64,000 nt of DNA from a virus: positions 64,001 through 128,000 of IMG/VR virus record IMGVR_UViG_3300028827_000129; one strand, written 5' to 3'. The notes under the pieces were generated by a model that was not told the origin of the DNA, searched no databases, and was given only the letters and a program-made list of their open reading frames with translations. Positions 24,539-35,312 of the stretch are shown one piece after another. The position numbers and the translations under genes were made by a program. The first letter of the stretch is position 1; each line of letters begins with the position of its first letter.

Positions 24539-26425
24539 ATGGCAGACAATGATTCTCAACGCTATGTAAAGAATGGTCCAAACTTCGACAATCCTATCTG
24601 TCAGGAATGTCTTAAAGAAGAGAGGAACCATTATGTAAAATGCAGAGGGATTATAGACCCGGAGAAGTTTATACCTCCGGGTCTTGCTACTTCACTTGAT
24701 GAGGATCAATTGCTTGAGTTAAAGGCAGCTTATGACCCTGTTACTTGGGCCAATTTATATCTTGGCTGGTCTCCAAGGTCTAGTAGGGAGTATCATTTTT
24801 ACGATAGAGATTCAAATATACCAGATATACATATAGAGGCGGGGATTGAGTATCAAAAGACAATGTTAAACTGTTCTGCCTACAGGACTATGTATCGCGT
24901 CGGTAGGCGTGCAGGTAAAACAGATGCTTTATGCGTGTTTACTCTATATAAGCTTGTAACAAATAGTGATTATAAGGTCTTGTTTATTGCCCCGCAAAAA
25001 TCTCATGTAGATAACTTTTTCGAGAGATTTGATAAGTTAATAGAAAGTAGTGATAGAATTTCTGCTGATGTTGTCAGAAATGTATCGTCGCCACATAAGA
25101 GGATAGAGTTTAGTAACGGCAGTCGTATTGTAGGCTTTACGTCTGGGTCTTCTTCTGGCTCGCAAGCCACCAATGTTCGAGGGCAGTCAGCTGATTTAAT
25201 TGTTATAGACGAGTGGGATTATCTTAATCCTGAAGACATGAAAGCTATCCGGGCTATTTTGATGACAACCCCGGATACTATTTTAAAAGGGGCGTCTACC
25301 CCTTCTGGGCGTAGAGATCTTTTCTATGTTGAGTGCAACACGATTGGCCACAAAGAATTTCATTATCCATCACAGGTTTTACCATTCTGGAATGATGACA
25401 TGGAGCGCGAAATGCGCTCTATGTATACGGCAAATGAATATAGACAAGAGATTCTTGCCGAATGGGGCTTTGATAATGTTGGTGTCTTCCAGAAAGAACA
25501 TGTAGATAAATGTCTTTTAGATTATTCATATGAAGATATAAAGCCTGAGTCAAAGTTTTTATATGGAATAGGCGTTGACTGGAATGACGATAAAATAGGG
25601 ACGCAAATTTATGTAATAGGTTATAGTACTGAAGATTGTTTATTTTATGGAGCTGCTAAATATAATGTTGCTAAAGCTGGATGGACCCAAGCTTTAGCCA
25701 TAAAGAAAATTATAGAACTAAACAGAATATGGAATCCAGTTTTTATTTACGTAGACGAAGGATATGGAGCGACGCAGATTCAATTATTACGGCAATATTC
25801 TTATGAAAAGATAGGTAAAGTTTCGCCTAGCGATCCAGATGTCAAGTTAAAGGATATAGTAAAGGGCATCAATTTTTCGTCTAAGGTAGATGTTAGAGAT
25901 CCTATTACAAGGCAGCCTGACAGAAAAGATATGAAGCAATTTTTAGTTCAGAATGCTGTTAGGCGGGTAGAAGATGCTACTGTCAGAATACCATCGACTG
26001 ACAAGGAGTTAATTGGACAATTACTTAATTATATTATTTTAAGGCGTAGCGCTACTGGCAAGCCTATTTATAGCCCGAATAGTACTAAGATAGGCGACCA
26101 TTTATTAGATGCATTTATGCTTGCTTTACTTGGGTTTACTTTAGAATATGGAGACCTTATTAAAACCAAGGCCGTGTCTACTGTCAGCTTTGTGAATACT
26201 GGTGATAGCACTAGAGAAGATTTAATCCAAAAAAGATATCCAGAAGAAAGATCGGTTGATAGAACCAATTATTTTGCTATTGGAAGAACAGGGACTGGCA
26301 AAGTAACAAGGGATAATATTTGGAAATGGCCAGGGTTTTTGAGAGATGAACCATTACCTAGACCTAACAGAATGTTTCTTGGTCGTGGTAGACGCAACCA
26401 TATAAATAGAAGGAGCGTTTGGTAA
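24539..26425 (+). CDS. terL: terminase large subunit
   Basis: Walker A GRRAGKT, Walker B LIVIDE, ASTP coupling motif, nuclease GIGVDW and DHLLDA. Confidence 0.93.
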   Translation: MADNDSQRYVKNGPNFDNPICQECLKEERNHYVKCRGIIDPEKFIPPGLATSLDEDQLLELKAAYDPVTWANLYLGWSPRSSREYHFYDRDSNIPDIHIEAGIEYQKTMLNCSAYRTMYRVGRRAGKTDALCVFTLYKLVTNSDYKVLFIAPQKSHVDNFFERFDKLIESSDRISADVVRNVSSPHKRIEFSNGSRIVGFTSGSSSGSQATNVRGQSADLIVIDEWDYLNPEDMKAIRAILMTTPDTILKGASTPSGRRDLFYVECNTIGHKEFHYPSQVLPFWNDDMEREMRSMYTANEYRQEILAEWGFDNVGVFQKEHVDKCLLDYSYEDIKPESKFLYGIGVDWNDDKIGTQIYVIGYSTEDCLFYGAAKYNVAKAGWTQALAIKKIIELNRIWNPVFIYVDEGYGATQIQLLRQYSYEKIGKVSPSDPDVKLKDIVKGINFSSKVDVRDPITRQPDRKDMKQFLVQNAVRRVEDATVRIPSTDKELIGQLLNYIILRRSATGKPIYSPNSTKIGDHLLDAFMLALLGFTLEYGDLIKTKAVSTVSFVNTGDSTREDLIQKRYPEERSVDRTNYFAIGRTGTGKVTRDNIWKWPGFLRDEPLPRPNRMFLGRGRRNHINRRSVW

Positions 26426-26841
26426 TGCTTGGTTTATATGAAAAATCGACAGCAAGTGGGGATTATATTCCGTTTTCATTTAATGATGACATTTCTAACG
26501 TAATTAAAGAATCTTTTAATAGTTCTACTGGAGCAATAAAAGAGCGCCAGTTTTTTATCAGAAATGACGACGCTAACGTTTCTTACTCGTCAATTACTCT
26601 AACTCCACTTCCGAATGAATTAGTTAATGTAAGTGCTGATATAAATATCAAGTTGAAATTAGGTGATATGCGCCCTAGCCAAGATGAATGGTCTAATGTG
26701 GTAGCTGGTGCCTCATTGTCTATTCCTGATATTTCAGACACGCTTTATCATAGTTTTTGGGTTAGGATCGAAGTGAGGCAAAATGCAGCTATTAGAGTCG
26801 AAGATGATATATATTTTGAATTGAGGGCAATAGAGGCATGA
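26425..26841 (+). CDS. beta-rich virion-associated hypothetical protein
   Basis: Operon context. Confidence 0.65.
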   Translation: MLGLYEKSTASGDYIPFSFNDDISNVIKESFNSSTGAIKERQFFIRNDDANVSYSSITLTPLPNELVNVSADINIKLKLGDMRPSQDEWSNVVAGASLSIPDISDTLYHSFWVRIEVRQNAAIRVEDDIYFELRAIEA

Positions 26842-27212
26842 ATAAGAGTCTCTTTGGTAAAAAGAATGTTACATGGCAAGATCCATATGTAGCTCCGTCT
26901 TTATATAGAAGCAAAAGTAAGAAAAAAGCTGCTGAACCTGTAACACCTGATGATGTTAAGAGTAAGGTGGAAGAAGCTATTCGTCAAACTCAAGAAAATA
27001 TAAAGATTATAGATTCGAGAGGCTCTGGTATATTTTATGAGTTTTCTTATGATAAAAACCCTGAAGTTGCTGATGCAGTTGATATGCTTTTTGATGGGGC
27101 TAAAAATATTATTTCATACGAAATGTATAAGACTGCACTTGGTTATGCGATAAAAATTTTAAAGAATAAGGTTTCCGATTCTAGTACAGTTGGGGATATT
27201 GTTGATTGGTAG
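26838..27212 (+). CDS. hypothetical protein (124 aa)
   Basis: ATGA overlap with the upstream gene. Confidence 0.7.
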   Translation: MNKSLFGKKNVTWQDPYVAPSLYRSKSKKKAAEPVTPDDVKSKVEEAIRQTQENIKIIDSRGSGIFYEFSYDKNPEVADAVDMLFDGAKNIISYEMYKTALGYAIKILKNKVSDSSTVGDIVDW

Positions 27213-27221
27213 GTGAGAGTT

Positions 27222-27635
27222 ATGGCAGGCGGCGTAGATTTAGTAGATAAAGTCGACTTTGAAGGTGAAAATGTAATACAACAAAATATTAAGGATTTAT
27301 ATGGGAGACTGTATCAATATATTATGAAAGATTTTAGGCATGTTGAAGACTGTAAAAAATGCCATGAAAAATTAAACGATCTATTTAATGGACATACACA
27401 CAATATAGACCATGAGCACCGCTTTGATTGGTATTGGAGTCATCCTGGTGGGTCTGCAACAGGAGTTACAAATATCATACTATCTGAAAGCGCATCCCCG
27501 ACTCAGCGTTCTACAGTTATTGCATTGCCAGCCAACGCCGAAAGTAAGAAGACTTTTGATGTTTTGAGAGGGAATCAGATTGTACATAAAAACTTTATTG
27601 CTAAGGGCATTAAACCATTTAAGGTGGTTTTTTAA
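27222..27635 (+). CDS. hypothetical protein with HTHxxxHEH motif
   Basis: HxH motif reminiscent of metal-binding spike tips. Confidence 0.65.
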   Translation: MAGGVDLVDKVDFEGENVIQQNIKDLYGRLYQYIMKDFRHVEDCKKCHEKLNDLFNGHTHNIDHEHRFDWYWSHPGGSATGVTNIILSESASPTQRSTVIALPANAESKKTFDVLRGNQIVHKNFIAKGIKPFKVVF

Positions 27636-27637
27636 TT

Positions 27638-27835
27638 ATGTTTGGTGTAGAAGATAAGCATCTTGGAGCATGTTTGGCAATTATTAACTTTTTCGAAGAA
27701 AAACTATCTAAGGATAATCGAGATGTTGCTACTGATGTTTTAATGCTAAAGCCAAGCTTTAGAAGTTTAGAGAATTTATATGCAATGAGAAGTGTTTTAA
27801 ACTCTTACGTAGACCAAAGTGAAGAAGATGAGTAG
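27638..27835 (+). CDS. hypothetical protein (65 aa)
   Basis: Operon packing. Confidence 0.6.
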   Translation: MFGVEDKHLGACLAIINFFEEKLSKDNRDVATDVLMLKPSFRSLENLYAMRSVLNSYVDQSEEDE

Positions 27836-29072
27836 TAAGTTTATAAAAGAATGCGTTCCATGTTCAGAGCGGCTAAATTTGTCTGAAGAGTTTAATGTAT
27901 CAGATGATTTAGTAAATATTTTTATGCATTGGGCTGATTTTTCTTTAGAAAATGCTAAGGCTATCAATAGACTTCTTAATAGCACTGATGTCTATGACTC
28001 ATATTGTGAGTTGTTAGATTTTTTTGATTCCCAATGCGTCGTAGATCTAAAGGCCATTTTTAGCCTTCTTGCATGGCAACTTGCTAATCTTAATACTGCT
28101 TTATTGTATAATTTACGTTCTGGTATTTTTAGCTTATTATCTCCATTTTTTATGCCGCTAACTGGCAAGTTAACTGATCTTTTAAATAAGTATATAAGTT
28201 TGGTTTTGCCTAAGATTGACTGTTCTATAAATTCCCTTATTGATGTTCTAGATAAGATCCCAGGGGAAACAGAGATAGAAGAGATTGTTTATAGATATAA
28301 ACTTGCAAAAGAGGAACTGTCTACGCATGAGTACAATATAAAAAATCGTATTTTAGAAAGGGACCATGCAATTTTATCTGGTAGTGACTTATCTTCACTT
28401 AAGACGTCTTCTTATGCATCTGCTGATAATTACGGAGATGCTATAGAGATGATAAAGCAGGTAGGGAAGCGGAGTAAGTCACTGCCGAGAGACAAGTATT
28501 TCAATTTTATTGTTAAACCAATGGCTGATGCTAGAAATAAGATTAATAATAAACTACAAGAGCTTAAGAATGACCTAGAAGGATTCATTAGACTTGACGC
28601 ATCATCGTCCAGTGATTTTGCATTTTTAATCCAACAGATTACATCTGTTAAGCGCATATTGTCTTTTTTAGAGCCAGTAATAAATGGGCAATTCTCTCGT
28701 TCTGCAGCTGGATGTGATGGTACTTCCTTTTTTAGAAAGAAGCCTGATGTTGGACAAAGTGTGCCAAAAAATACCACAAATAACAAAGGGGATACATTCG
28801 GAGATAATACTGATAATACTGCAGAAGTTATGTCAAGAAATGTCGCCAAGAATGAAAAAACTATAATATCTGATGAGATAGTTTTACAAAATTTGAATGC
28901 TATTTTGGAAGATTCTGGCTTTGAAGTTGTAACAGAGAATAATAAAATAACGTTAAAAACTAAAGACTTAGATAAAAATGTTGTTTCAAGTGTACAGGCG
29001 AATTTTGGATTTTTTGCACGTTTGAGTAATGGAATTGATGCTAAGACAGATTCTAAGGATTTTTGTACATGA
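27828..29072 (+). CDS. helical hypothetical protein (~414 aa)
   Basis: Long ORF directly upstream of the portal. Confidence 0.75.
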   Translation: MSSKFIKECVPCSERLNLSEEFNVSDDLVNIFMHWADFSLENAKAINRLLNSTDVYDSYCELLDFFDSQCVVDLKAIFSLLAWQLANLNTALLYNLRSGIFSLLSPFFMPLTGKLTDLLNKYISLVLPKIDCSINSLIDVLDKIPGETEIEEIVYRYKLAKEELSTHEYNIKNRILERDHAILSGSDLSSLKTSSYASADNYGDAIEMIKQVGKRSKSLPRDKYFNFIVKPMADARNKINNKLQELKNDLEGFIRLDASSSSDFAFLIQQITSVKRILSFLEPVINGQFSRSAAGCDGTSFFRKKPDVGQSVPKNTTNNKGDTFGDNTDNTAEVMSRNVAKNEKTIISDEIVLQNLNAILEDSGFEVVTENNKITLKTKDLDKNVVSSVQANFGFFARLSNGIDAKTDSKDFCT

Positions 29073-30856
29073 GCAATATTAATAATATTAAAAAACGCAA
29101 CACAAGAAGAAAAAAGCGTGGCGCTGGCACTAATATGAATCCTGATCGTCAGTTGAAAGTTGTCAGGTCATCTCATATTCCTTTATATTACGAGGCCGGT
29201 AGGGACTCTTTTGTAGTTGCAGAATATGACTTGCGAGAAATTTCTACTATTGAAGATGTCGAGTCTTTCGTAAGACAAGCTTTTAGAAAAAAAACATCTT
29301 TAATGTTCAAGGAAGGATATGATCTTGTAGGTGAAAATATCGAAACTATAAATTATATTAAGGAGAGATTCAGGCAAATTTCATATGTTTCCGATAAGCC
29401 GATCGATTTGCTGTTGCGAGAGATTGGTGCTGACTTAATAAAGTTCTCTAATGCGTTTTTGTATAAAGCTAGAAGCGCTAGATCTTCAGGCGGGCGTGTT
29501 AGGGTTTCAAAAACGGGCAAACGTAAGTTAGACCCTGTTGCTGCATACTTTAGAATCCCACCTGAAACTGTTCAAATAAGACTTAGTAAGTCTAATAAGA
29601 TTACACATTACAGACAAATGATGCCGGATGGTAGATATAAAGATTTTGCTGCTGAAGATATTATTCATATCTATCATGATCGCAAGGCTGGGTTTATCAT
29701 GGGAACTCCGGCATTAATCCCAGTTATTGACGACATTAAGGTTTTGCGTAGGATTGAAGAAAATGTAGAGTTAATGGTATATAAAGACCTTTTCCCTCTT
29801 TATCATTATAAGGTTGGGACTGAAGATGCTCCGGCGATGACATATGGGGATGGCACTACGGAAGTTGACATAGTGCGTGATGCCATAGAACAAATGCCAT
29901 TAGAAGGTACTGTAGTAACTTCTGAACGTCATAATATTAATGTGATAGGCGCTGAAGGTCATGCATTAAAGGCTAGTGAATATCTTGATTATTTTAAAAA
30001 GCGTGTCTATGCTGGACTAGGGTGTTCTTCAATTGACTTTGGAGAAAGTGGTACTTCTAACAGATCTACGTCTGAGACTCTATCGAAAGCTCTTATAGAT
30101 GATGTGAAGGGCTATCAGAAAGTATTGTCAATCTTTATTAATCATTATATCATTAAGGAACTTTTATTAGAAAGTCCGTTTGTTGTAGGATGGAATGTTA
30201 ATACGAAGGATGAGGTTTACTTTAAGTTTAAAGAGATAGATGTAGATACAAATATTAAGAAGAGCGCTGATGCTGTTAATCTTTTTAACTCTAATTTGAT
30301 AGAAGAAAATGAGGCGCGTGAAATGATTGGATATGAGCCAATGACTGAAGAGCAGCGCAAACGGACTTTCAGTGAACTTGTTGGCAAACCAATGGCTGAA
30401 CATGAATCTTTACTTAAAAACAAAGTAGAAGGTTCTGTTTCATCTGCAAAGAATAGGGTGCAGCCTGAGAATCAACATGGGAAGAAAACAGGACCTCAGA
30501 AGTCAGTTAAAGATCTCGTATCTTTTGTTTTTGACGGATTAAAGGCAGGTAAAAATAAAGATATTAATGCCATATTAGCTTCAATGTTCAGCGATATGTT
30601 TATTGTTAAATATACTATACTTCTTGAGGAAGAAGTTAAAGATAAATTAAAACTTGAAGAATATTCTACTTTGTTAGTTAATACTGTTAATGAATCTATT
30701 AATGATTTATCTGTTATTGCTTTAGATTCACTTAATAGAGATTTAAGCAGAAATAGAGAAGATTTGCCAAGTTTAGATGTTTTAAAGAAAGTGTTTGTAA
30801 AGCATATACAAGCTACTAAAGATGGGTTCAGTGCTGCTTGTGAGCTTTTGCAATAA
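29069..30856 (+). CDS. portal protein
   Basis: Size; position between TerL and protease; DLIKFSNAFLYK, EDIIHI..GFIMGTP, ENEAREMIGYEP. Confidence 0.85.
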   Translation: MSNINNIKKRNTRRKKRGAGTNMNPDRQLKVVRSSHIPLYYEAGRDSFVVAEYDLREISTIEDVESFVRQAFRKKTSLMFKEGYDLVGENIETINYIKERFRQISYVSDKPIDLLLREIGADLIKFSNAFLYKARSARSSGGRVRVSKTGKRKLDPVAAYFRIPPETVQIRLSKSNKITHYRQMMPDGRYKDFAAEDIIHIYHDRKAGFIMGTPALIPVIDDIKVLRRIEENVELMVYKDLFPLYHYKVGTEDAPAMTYGDGTTEVDIVRDAIEQMPLEGTVVTSERHNINVIGAEGHALKASEYLDYFKKRVYAGLGCSSIDFGESGTSNRSTSETLSKALIDDVKGYQKVLSIFINHYIIKELLLESPFVVGWNVNTKDEVYFKFKEIDVDTNIKKSADAVNLFNSNLIEENEAREMIGYEPMTEEQRKRTFSELVGKPMAEHESLLKNKVEGSVSSAKNRVQPENQHGKKTGPQKSVKDLVSFVFDGLKAGKNKDINAILASMFSDMFIVKYTILLEEEVKDKLKLEEYSTLLVNTVNESINDLSVIALDSLNRDLSRNREDLPSLDVLKKVFVKHIQATKDGFSAACELLQ

Positions 30857-30867
30857 GGAGATATGAA

Positions 30868-32781
30868 ATGGCTCATATATCGTTTAAAGATTTTTTCCAT
30901 TTTGATGCTAGCGCAATTAAAGATAATGTAAAGTTTTTTCATGAAACAAAGGATAGTGCTTCTGAAACTGGGCATTCAATAAAATGTCAAATCAGAGCTA
31001 CATTTTCTGCTGTTATAAATAAAAATAATAGATTTGATATGCCTCATGCTGTTAAAAAGGGCGCTGCATCATTACTTGACGAGTACCCAAAACCTATATT
31101 AGTAGGTCATTATGATGAAATTGATCCTATTGGTCGCGTCTCCGATTATGAATATGTAGATATTTCTTCACAGTTCCAAATTCCTAAAATAAAATCATTT
31201 CTTGACCCTAAGACATCTTATATATCTAAGTTAAAAGTTGTTGATTTCATTGTCGAAAACTTGATTCCGCTAAAAGGTTATAAAGGCCTTGGCTATATAG
31301 ATGTCATAGCAGACATAAGCGACCCGAGGGCTATAAGAAAGATATTAGATGGCAGGTATTTAACTGTGTCAATTGGCGGTAGATCCGACAAAATGGTCTG
31401 CTCAGTATGCAAGACGGATTGGGTTAGCGAAGATTATTGTGAACATACTCCTGGCGTCGTTTATGACGGGAAAAGGGCTTTTCTTATAAGTGGCAATATA
31501 TTATATAACGAAATATCATTTGTGAATAAGCCCGCCAATCCACATAGTCAGGTAGTGAAGATTGACGAAGCAAATAATGTGAGGGATGAAGTAAGAATTG
31601 GTTCTAATGATGATTTTAATGATCATTGCTTAGTGAGTTTTGATTTAACAGATTCTTGTCAAGGAGAAGAAGAGATGGCGGTAAAGAAGAAGAGAAAGAA
31701 GAAGGTTGAAGATATTGAAAAAGACATCAAAGATAAAGATGTCAATACTGAAGATAAAGAAGAGGTAAAAGATTCTAAAGCCAATGATGACGTAAAAGAT
31801 AATAATGTTGATGAAGAGCAGAAAGAGCATGAGAATGTAAAAGCTTCTTCTGAAGATAACGAAAATAATGGTAATGTAGTTGACGAAGAAGAAAAAGAGG
31901 ATAGTTCTAAAGAAGAAGAGCTTCCTGCTATTGAAGAAATTATCAAAGACGAAGAGGCTAATTATGAGGCGATTGCTGCTGTTTTAGATGAATTAGAGTT
32001 AAGCGATGCAAAATTAAGCGCAGAACAGCGTAAAAAGTTAAAGGGTTCTACATTCTGCGGCCCTAATAGATCTTTTCCTGTTCCTGATTGCGCTCACGTA
32101 ACTGCTGCGAAGCGTCTTTTAGGGAGATATAAAGGAAGCGGTTCTAAGTCTGCTATTCTTGCTTGCGTTGAAAGAAAGGCAAAGAAACTTGGATGTAATA
32201 AAGATGCTGAAGAAGAAAAGAGTAACAATCAAGCTACTAATGAAACTAAAGTAACTGATAAAGAGCTTCTTGAGCAATTTAATGGTCTAGTTGAGCAATT
32301 GAAAGAGCGCGGTATTTATAAGTGCCCAGAGTGTGAATCGCTCCAGAAGGATCTAGAAGATAAAAATAATGAGTTATTTGTTGTTAATTCAAGGAATACA
32401 GTTCTTGAAGATGAGATTAACGCTGTAGAAGAAAGTTATGTTGAATTAAAAGATAAATTTAATGAATATAAAAAAGACGTGTTAAAGGTATACAAGAAGG
32501 CTTTAGGAGAAGATGAGAGTATTACAGATAAAGAAGTTGAGGATTTAGATAACATTTTAGATAGCTATAAGGAGAAGATTAATAATCCTCAGTCAAAGAC
32601 AGAAGATAAGGATTTCGAAAAAATAGAAGACCCGACTCTGAAAGATGACAACAACAGTGAAGACAAGAGTAAAGTTGCTGCAGTTAAAGACATTATGGAT
32701 AAATATCATTTAATCCGTAGATTATATGGACTGAAGGCTGCTAGCGATTTTATTCAAAAATCGATCAAGAGTAACAAATAA
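30868..32781 (+). CDS. prohead protease fused to an acidic scaffold region
   Basis: PILVGH..PIGRV, TVSIG, EISFVNKPA; acidic coiled-coil C-terminus with a small DUF6582-like insert (LSAEQRKKL..FPVPDCAHV). Confidence 0.85.
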   Translation: MAHISFKDFFHFDASAIKDNVKFFHETKDSASETGHSIKCQIRATFSAVINKNNRFDMPHAVKKGAASLLDEYPKPILVGHYDEIDPIGRVSDYEYVDISSQFQIPKIKSFLDPKTSYISKLKVVDFIVENLIPLKGYKGLGYIDVIADISDPRAIRKILDGRYLTVSIGGRSDKMVCSVCKTDWVSEDYCEHTPGVVYDGKRAFLISGNILYNEISFVNKPANPHSQVVKIDEANNVRDEVRIGSNDDFNDHCLVSFDLTDSCQGEEEMAVKKKRKKKVEDIEKDIKDKDVNTEDKEEVKDSKANDDVKDNNVDEEQKEHENVKASSEDNENNGNVVDEEEKEDSSKEEELPAIEEIIKDEEANYEAIAAVLDELELSDAKLSAEQRKKLKGSTFCGPNRSFPVPDCAHVTAAKRLLGRYKGSGSKSAILACVERKAKKLGCNKDAEEEKSNNQATNETKVTDKELLEQFNGLVEQLKERGIYKCPECESLQKDLEDKNNELFVVNSRNTVLEDEINAVEESYVELKDKFNEYKKDVLKVYKKALGEDESITDKEVEDLDNILDSYKEKINNPQSKTEDKDFEKIEDPTLKDDNNSEDKSKVAAVKDIMDKYHLIRRLYGLKAASDFIQKSIKSNK

Positions 32782-32805
32782 TCTTGTTAGGAGGAGTTTA
32801 AAGAA

Positions 32806-33792
32806 ATGGCTCAACAATATAATGCTAATTTTAAACCTTGGGACCACCAGGGAACATTAACTCCTAACCTCGAAGTAATGGAGGGTGTTCGGCCTGGTAT
32901 TTATAAGGTGGCCGATTATCTTCCATTGGTTAGGTTTGATAAGTACTTTGAAGAGTTTTATGTAATTCACCGTGGTAAGGCAGTTGCTTTAGACCATGGC
33001 AACGCTATGGTTCCTGCTGGCCTGAAGGCCCAGATTGATTGGGCTGTAGATGGGGCTGGTGCTGCTATTATTCAGACTGGTTCTGATACAGCTGCAACGC
33101 AGGTAGCTAATCTTCGTGCAGCTGCTGCAGCTAATAATCTTACAGTTTACACTCAAACAGATGTTGATGAAGGTGTTGTCAATGCTGCCGGTAACGCTGT
33201 TGTTGCTGGAGAATGTGTTATTGAAAGCTTTTTGGACTTAGTAGACTCTCAGCCGCCAGCTCGCAGTTCTGTTCGTACAGTTTCAGAGGCTATCGGTGTC
33301 AATTTCCAGAATGCTTGGCGTTGGGTTGGTGGAGACGGTGTGAATCCTGCTAACTTCCGTCAGCATAACCACAATCTACAGCATGGCGTTGGCTTGCTGT
33401 GTGACTATGTTATTGAACTTCCTGCTGTGACAGATACTGATTATGCAAATGCCGCTATGACTGGTGTTGCTGCTGCTATTTACACTTCTGGGTCTCCGTT
33501 CAAGCCCGGAGATTTCTTGAAGTACGATTTCAATTCTAATTGGGTTAAGGCAGATCTTTCTGCTGATACTATTGGGAATATTTTAGGCCAGATTATTAAG
33601 GTTGACACTGACTTCCCGAAGGATTATCTTGATAGAGTTAAGACTGCTTATGATAATCTTGGCTCTACTGCAGCTCAGCGTGCCCTGAACCAAATGCCTG
33701 GTTCTGCTTCAAGCGGTATGCCTGATGCAATTAATTTCGCTGGCGGTTCATCCGCACCGACTCTGCTGTGGGTGAACTTGATCAACCGCTAA
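32806..33792 (+). CDS. head decoration / minor capsid protein
   Basis: Between protease and major capsid; strong SD; Ala/Gly-rich. Confidence 0.6.
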   Translation: MAQQYNANFKPWDHQGTLTPNLEVMEGVRPGIYKVADYLPLVRFDKYFEEFYVIHRGKAVALDHGNAMVPAGLKAQIDWAVDGAGAAIIQTGSDTAATQVANLRAAAAANNLTVYTQTDVDEGVVNAAGNAVVAGECVIESFLDLVDSQPPARSSVRTVSEAIGVNFQNAWRWVGGDGVNPANFRQHNHNLQHGVGLLCDYVIELPAVTDTDYANAAMTGVAAAIYTSGSPFKPGDFLKYDFNSNWVKADLSADTIGNILGQIIKVDTDFPKDYLDRVKTAYDNLGSTAAQRALNQMPGSASSGMPDAINFAGGSSAPTLLWVNLINR

Positions 33793-33824
33793 GCAAGATA
33801 TATCAAATAGGAGGAAAACATTCA

Positions 33825-35051
33825 ATGGAATTTAAAGATTTTCATGAATATGAGTATGTATGGCGTAGCGGTGGTCATACACCCGATGGCGATAAGGTTC
33901 CTATTACTGACGCCATTAACATCGCTAGCGCTCCTGAATATTTACCGAAAGTGATTTCAAATATTGTCAAAGAGGCTGTGGAGCCATTGCTGGTTGGCAC
34001 TAGCCTTTTACAGCGCATTAATTATAAGGCTGGACAAGTTATTTCTTTCCCTGCAACTGGTGCCTTGTCTGCAGCCGATATCCCAGAGGGTGGTGAGTAC
34101 CCAGAAACTCAACTGAACATCGCTGGTGGGACAGTTGTGGCTAACATCGGGAAGAGCGGTATTGCAGTGAAAGTTACAGAAGAAATGATCCGCTATTCTC
34201 AGTATGATGTGATTGCTATGCATCTGCGTGCAGCAGGTCGTGCATTAGCTCGCCATAAGGAAAAGAAGATTTTTGATTACATTACATCCATGGGAACTGT
34301 CTGCTTCGATAATGATAATATTTCTAATGGTATTTTTGGTCGGCCTACAACTGGTCGTGGTTTTGACGGTTCAGCTAATGGTTCTATTACAATGGATGAC
34401 ATTTTTGATACTTATGGTCAGATTGTGGCCCAGGGCTTTATTCCTGATACTCTGATTATGCATCCTCTTACTTGGACAATGTTTGTTAAGGACCCCACCC
34501 TTCGTGCTTTTGCAATGCAGGCAGGAGGCGGGACAATGTTTGCTAGCTACTCTGGTAATCCTGCTGGCAGAACTCCTTGGGATAATATGGGCGGTCTTGG
34601 TATGGGCACTGGTCAGAATGTGACTCCAAGCTCTCCTGTGAATGAGTATTCACAGACAATCACTTCTGCTCCTCAGCTGCCTAGCTATCTACCAACTCCT
34701 TTCCGGATTATTGTGTCACCTTTTGTGCCTTATAATCCTACTGGCGGGCCTAATTCCAGCCCTGTTACTGATATTTATATGGTTGATAGCCGCGAAGTTG
34801 GTGCTCTTATTGTTGACGAGGATGTGACAACTGACGAATGGAATGATCCTTCTGTGGATATCCGCAAAATTAAGCTTCGTGAGCGTTATGGCATTGCTAT
34901 TCTTAACGAGGGGCAGGCCATTGGAGTGATCAAGAATGTTGTTAATGTCCAGAATCATTGGGATTCTGGCCCGGCACAGAAGACTGGCGGTGTCCAGCTT
35001 GCTGCTGGTGAGATTTCTGAGATCAACGCTTCTACTGGCGATATCTTCTAA
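33825..35051 (+). CDS. major capsid protein (HK97 fold)
   Basis: IPEGGEYP, KSGIAVKVTEEMI..., TLIMHP, RERYG; AGGAGG SD; terminator downstream. Confidence 0.9.
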   Translation: MEFKDFHEYEYVWRSGGHTPDGDKVPITDAINIASAPEYLPKVISNIVKEAVEPLLVGTSLLQRINYKAGQVISFPATGALSAADIPEGGEYPETQLNIAGGTVVANIGKSGIAVKVTEEMIRYSQYDVIAMHLRAAGRALARHKEKKIFDYITSMGTVCFDNDNISNGIFGRPTTGRGFDGSANGSITMDDIFDTYGQIVAQGFIPDTLIMHPLTWTMFVKDPTLRAFAMQAGGGTMFASYSGNPAGRTPWDNMGGLGMGTGQNVTPSSPVNEYSQTITSAPQLPSYLPTPFRIIVSPFVPYNPTGGPNSSPVTDIYMVDSREVGALIVDEDVTTDEWNDPSVDIRKIKLRERYGIAILNEGQAIGVIKNVVNVQNHWDSGPAQKTGGVQLAAGEISEINASTGDIF

Positions 35052-35073
35052 AGATACGGCTACTGCATATAAC

Positions 35074-35101
35074 AAAGGGCGAGGGGCAACCCTCGCCCTT
35101 T
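35074..35101 (+). terminator. intrinsic terminator after the capsid gene
   Basis: AAAGGGCGAGGG-GCAA-CCCTCGCCCTTT. Confidence 0.85.
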
Positions 35102-35115
35102 AACGAGAGGTAACT

Positions 35116-35304
35116 GTGGAAGTAAAAGTAGAGAACGGGAACGTAGATAAAGCATTAAGGAAGTTGGCTAAGAAATTAGATAAAGACGGTCTTTTCAGAG
35201 ATTTGGCTGACCGGATAAAATATCCTACTGTCAAAGAAAGGAGACGTCTAAAGAAACGTCGAGCTGCTTTAAAGCAAAAATATCGCAAAACTATAGAAGA
35301 TTGA
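35116..35304 (+). CDS. rpsU: phage-encoded ribosomal protein bS21
   Basis: VKVENGNVDKALRKLAKKLDKDGLFRDL..R..Y....ERRRLKKRRA; GAGG SD; GTG start. Confidence 0.85.
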   Translation: MEVKVENGNVDKALRKLAKKLDKDGLFRDLADRIKYPTVKERRRLKKRRAALKQKYRKTIED

Positions 35305-35312
35305 GGTCTACT

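Noticed and set aside
24539-26425. Intein or intron in TerL
   Set aside because: Normal length, contiguous motifs, no splice-junction or homing-endonuclease signatures seen
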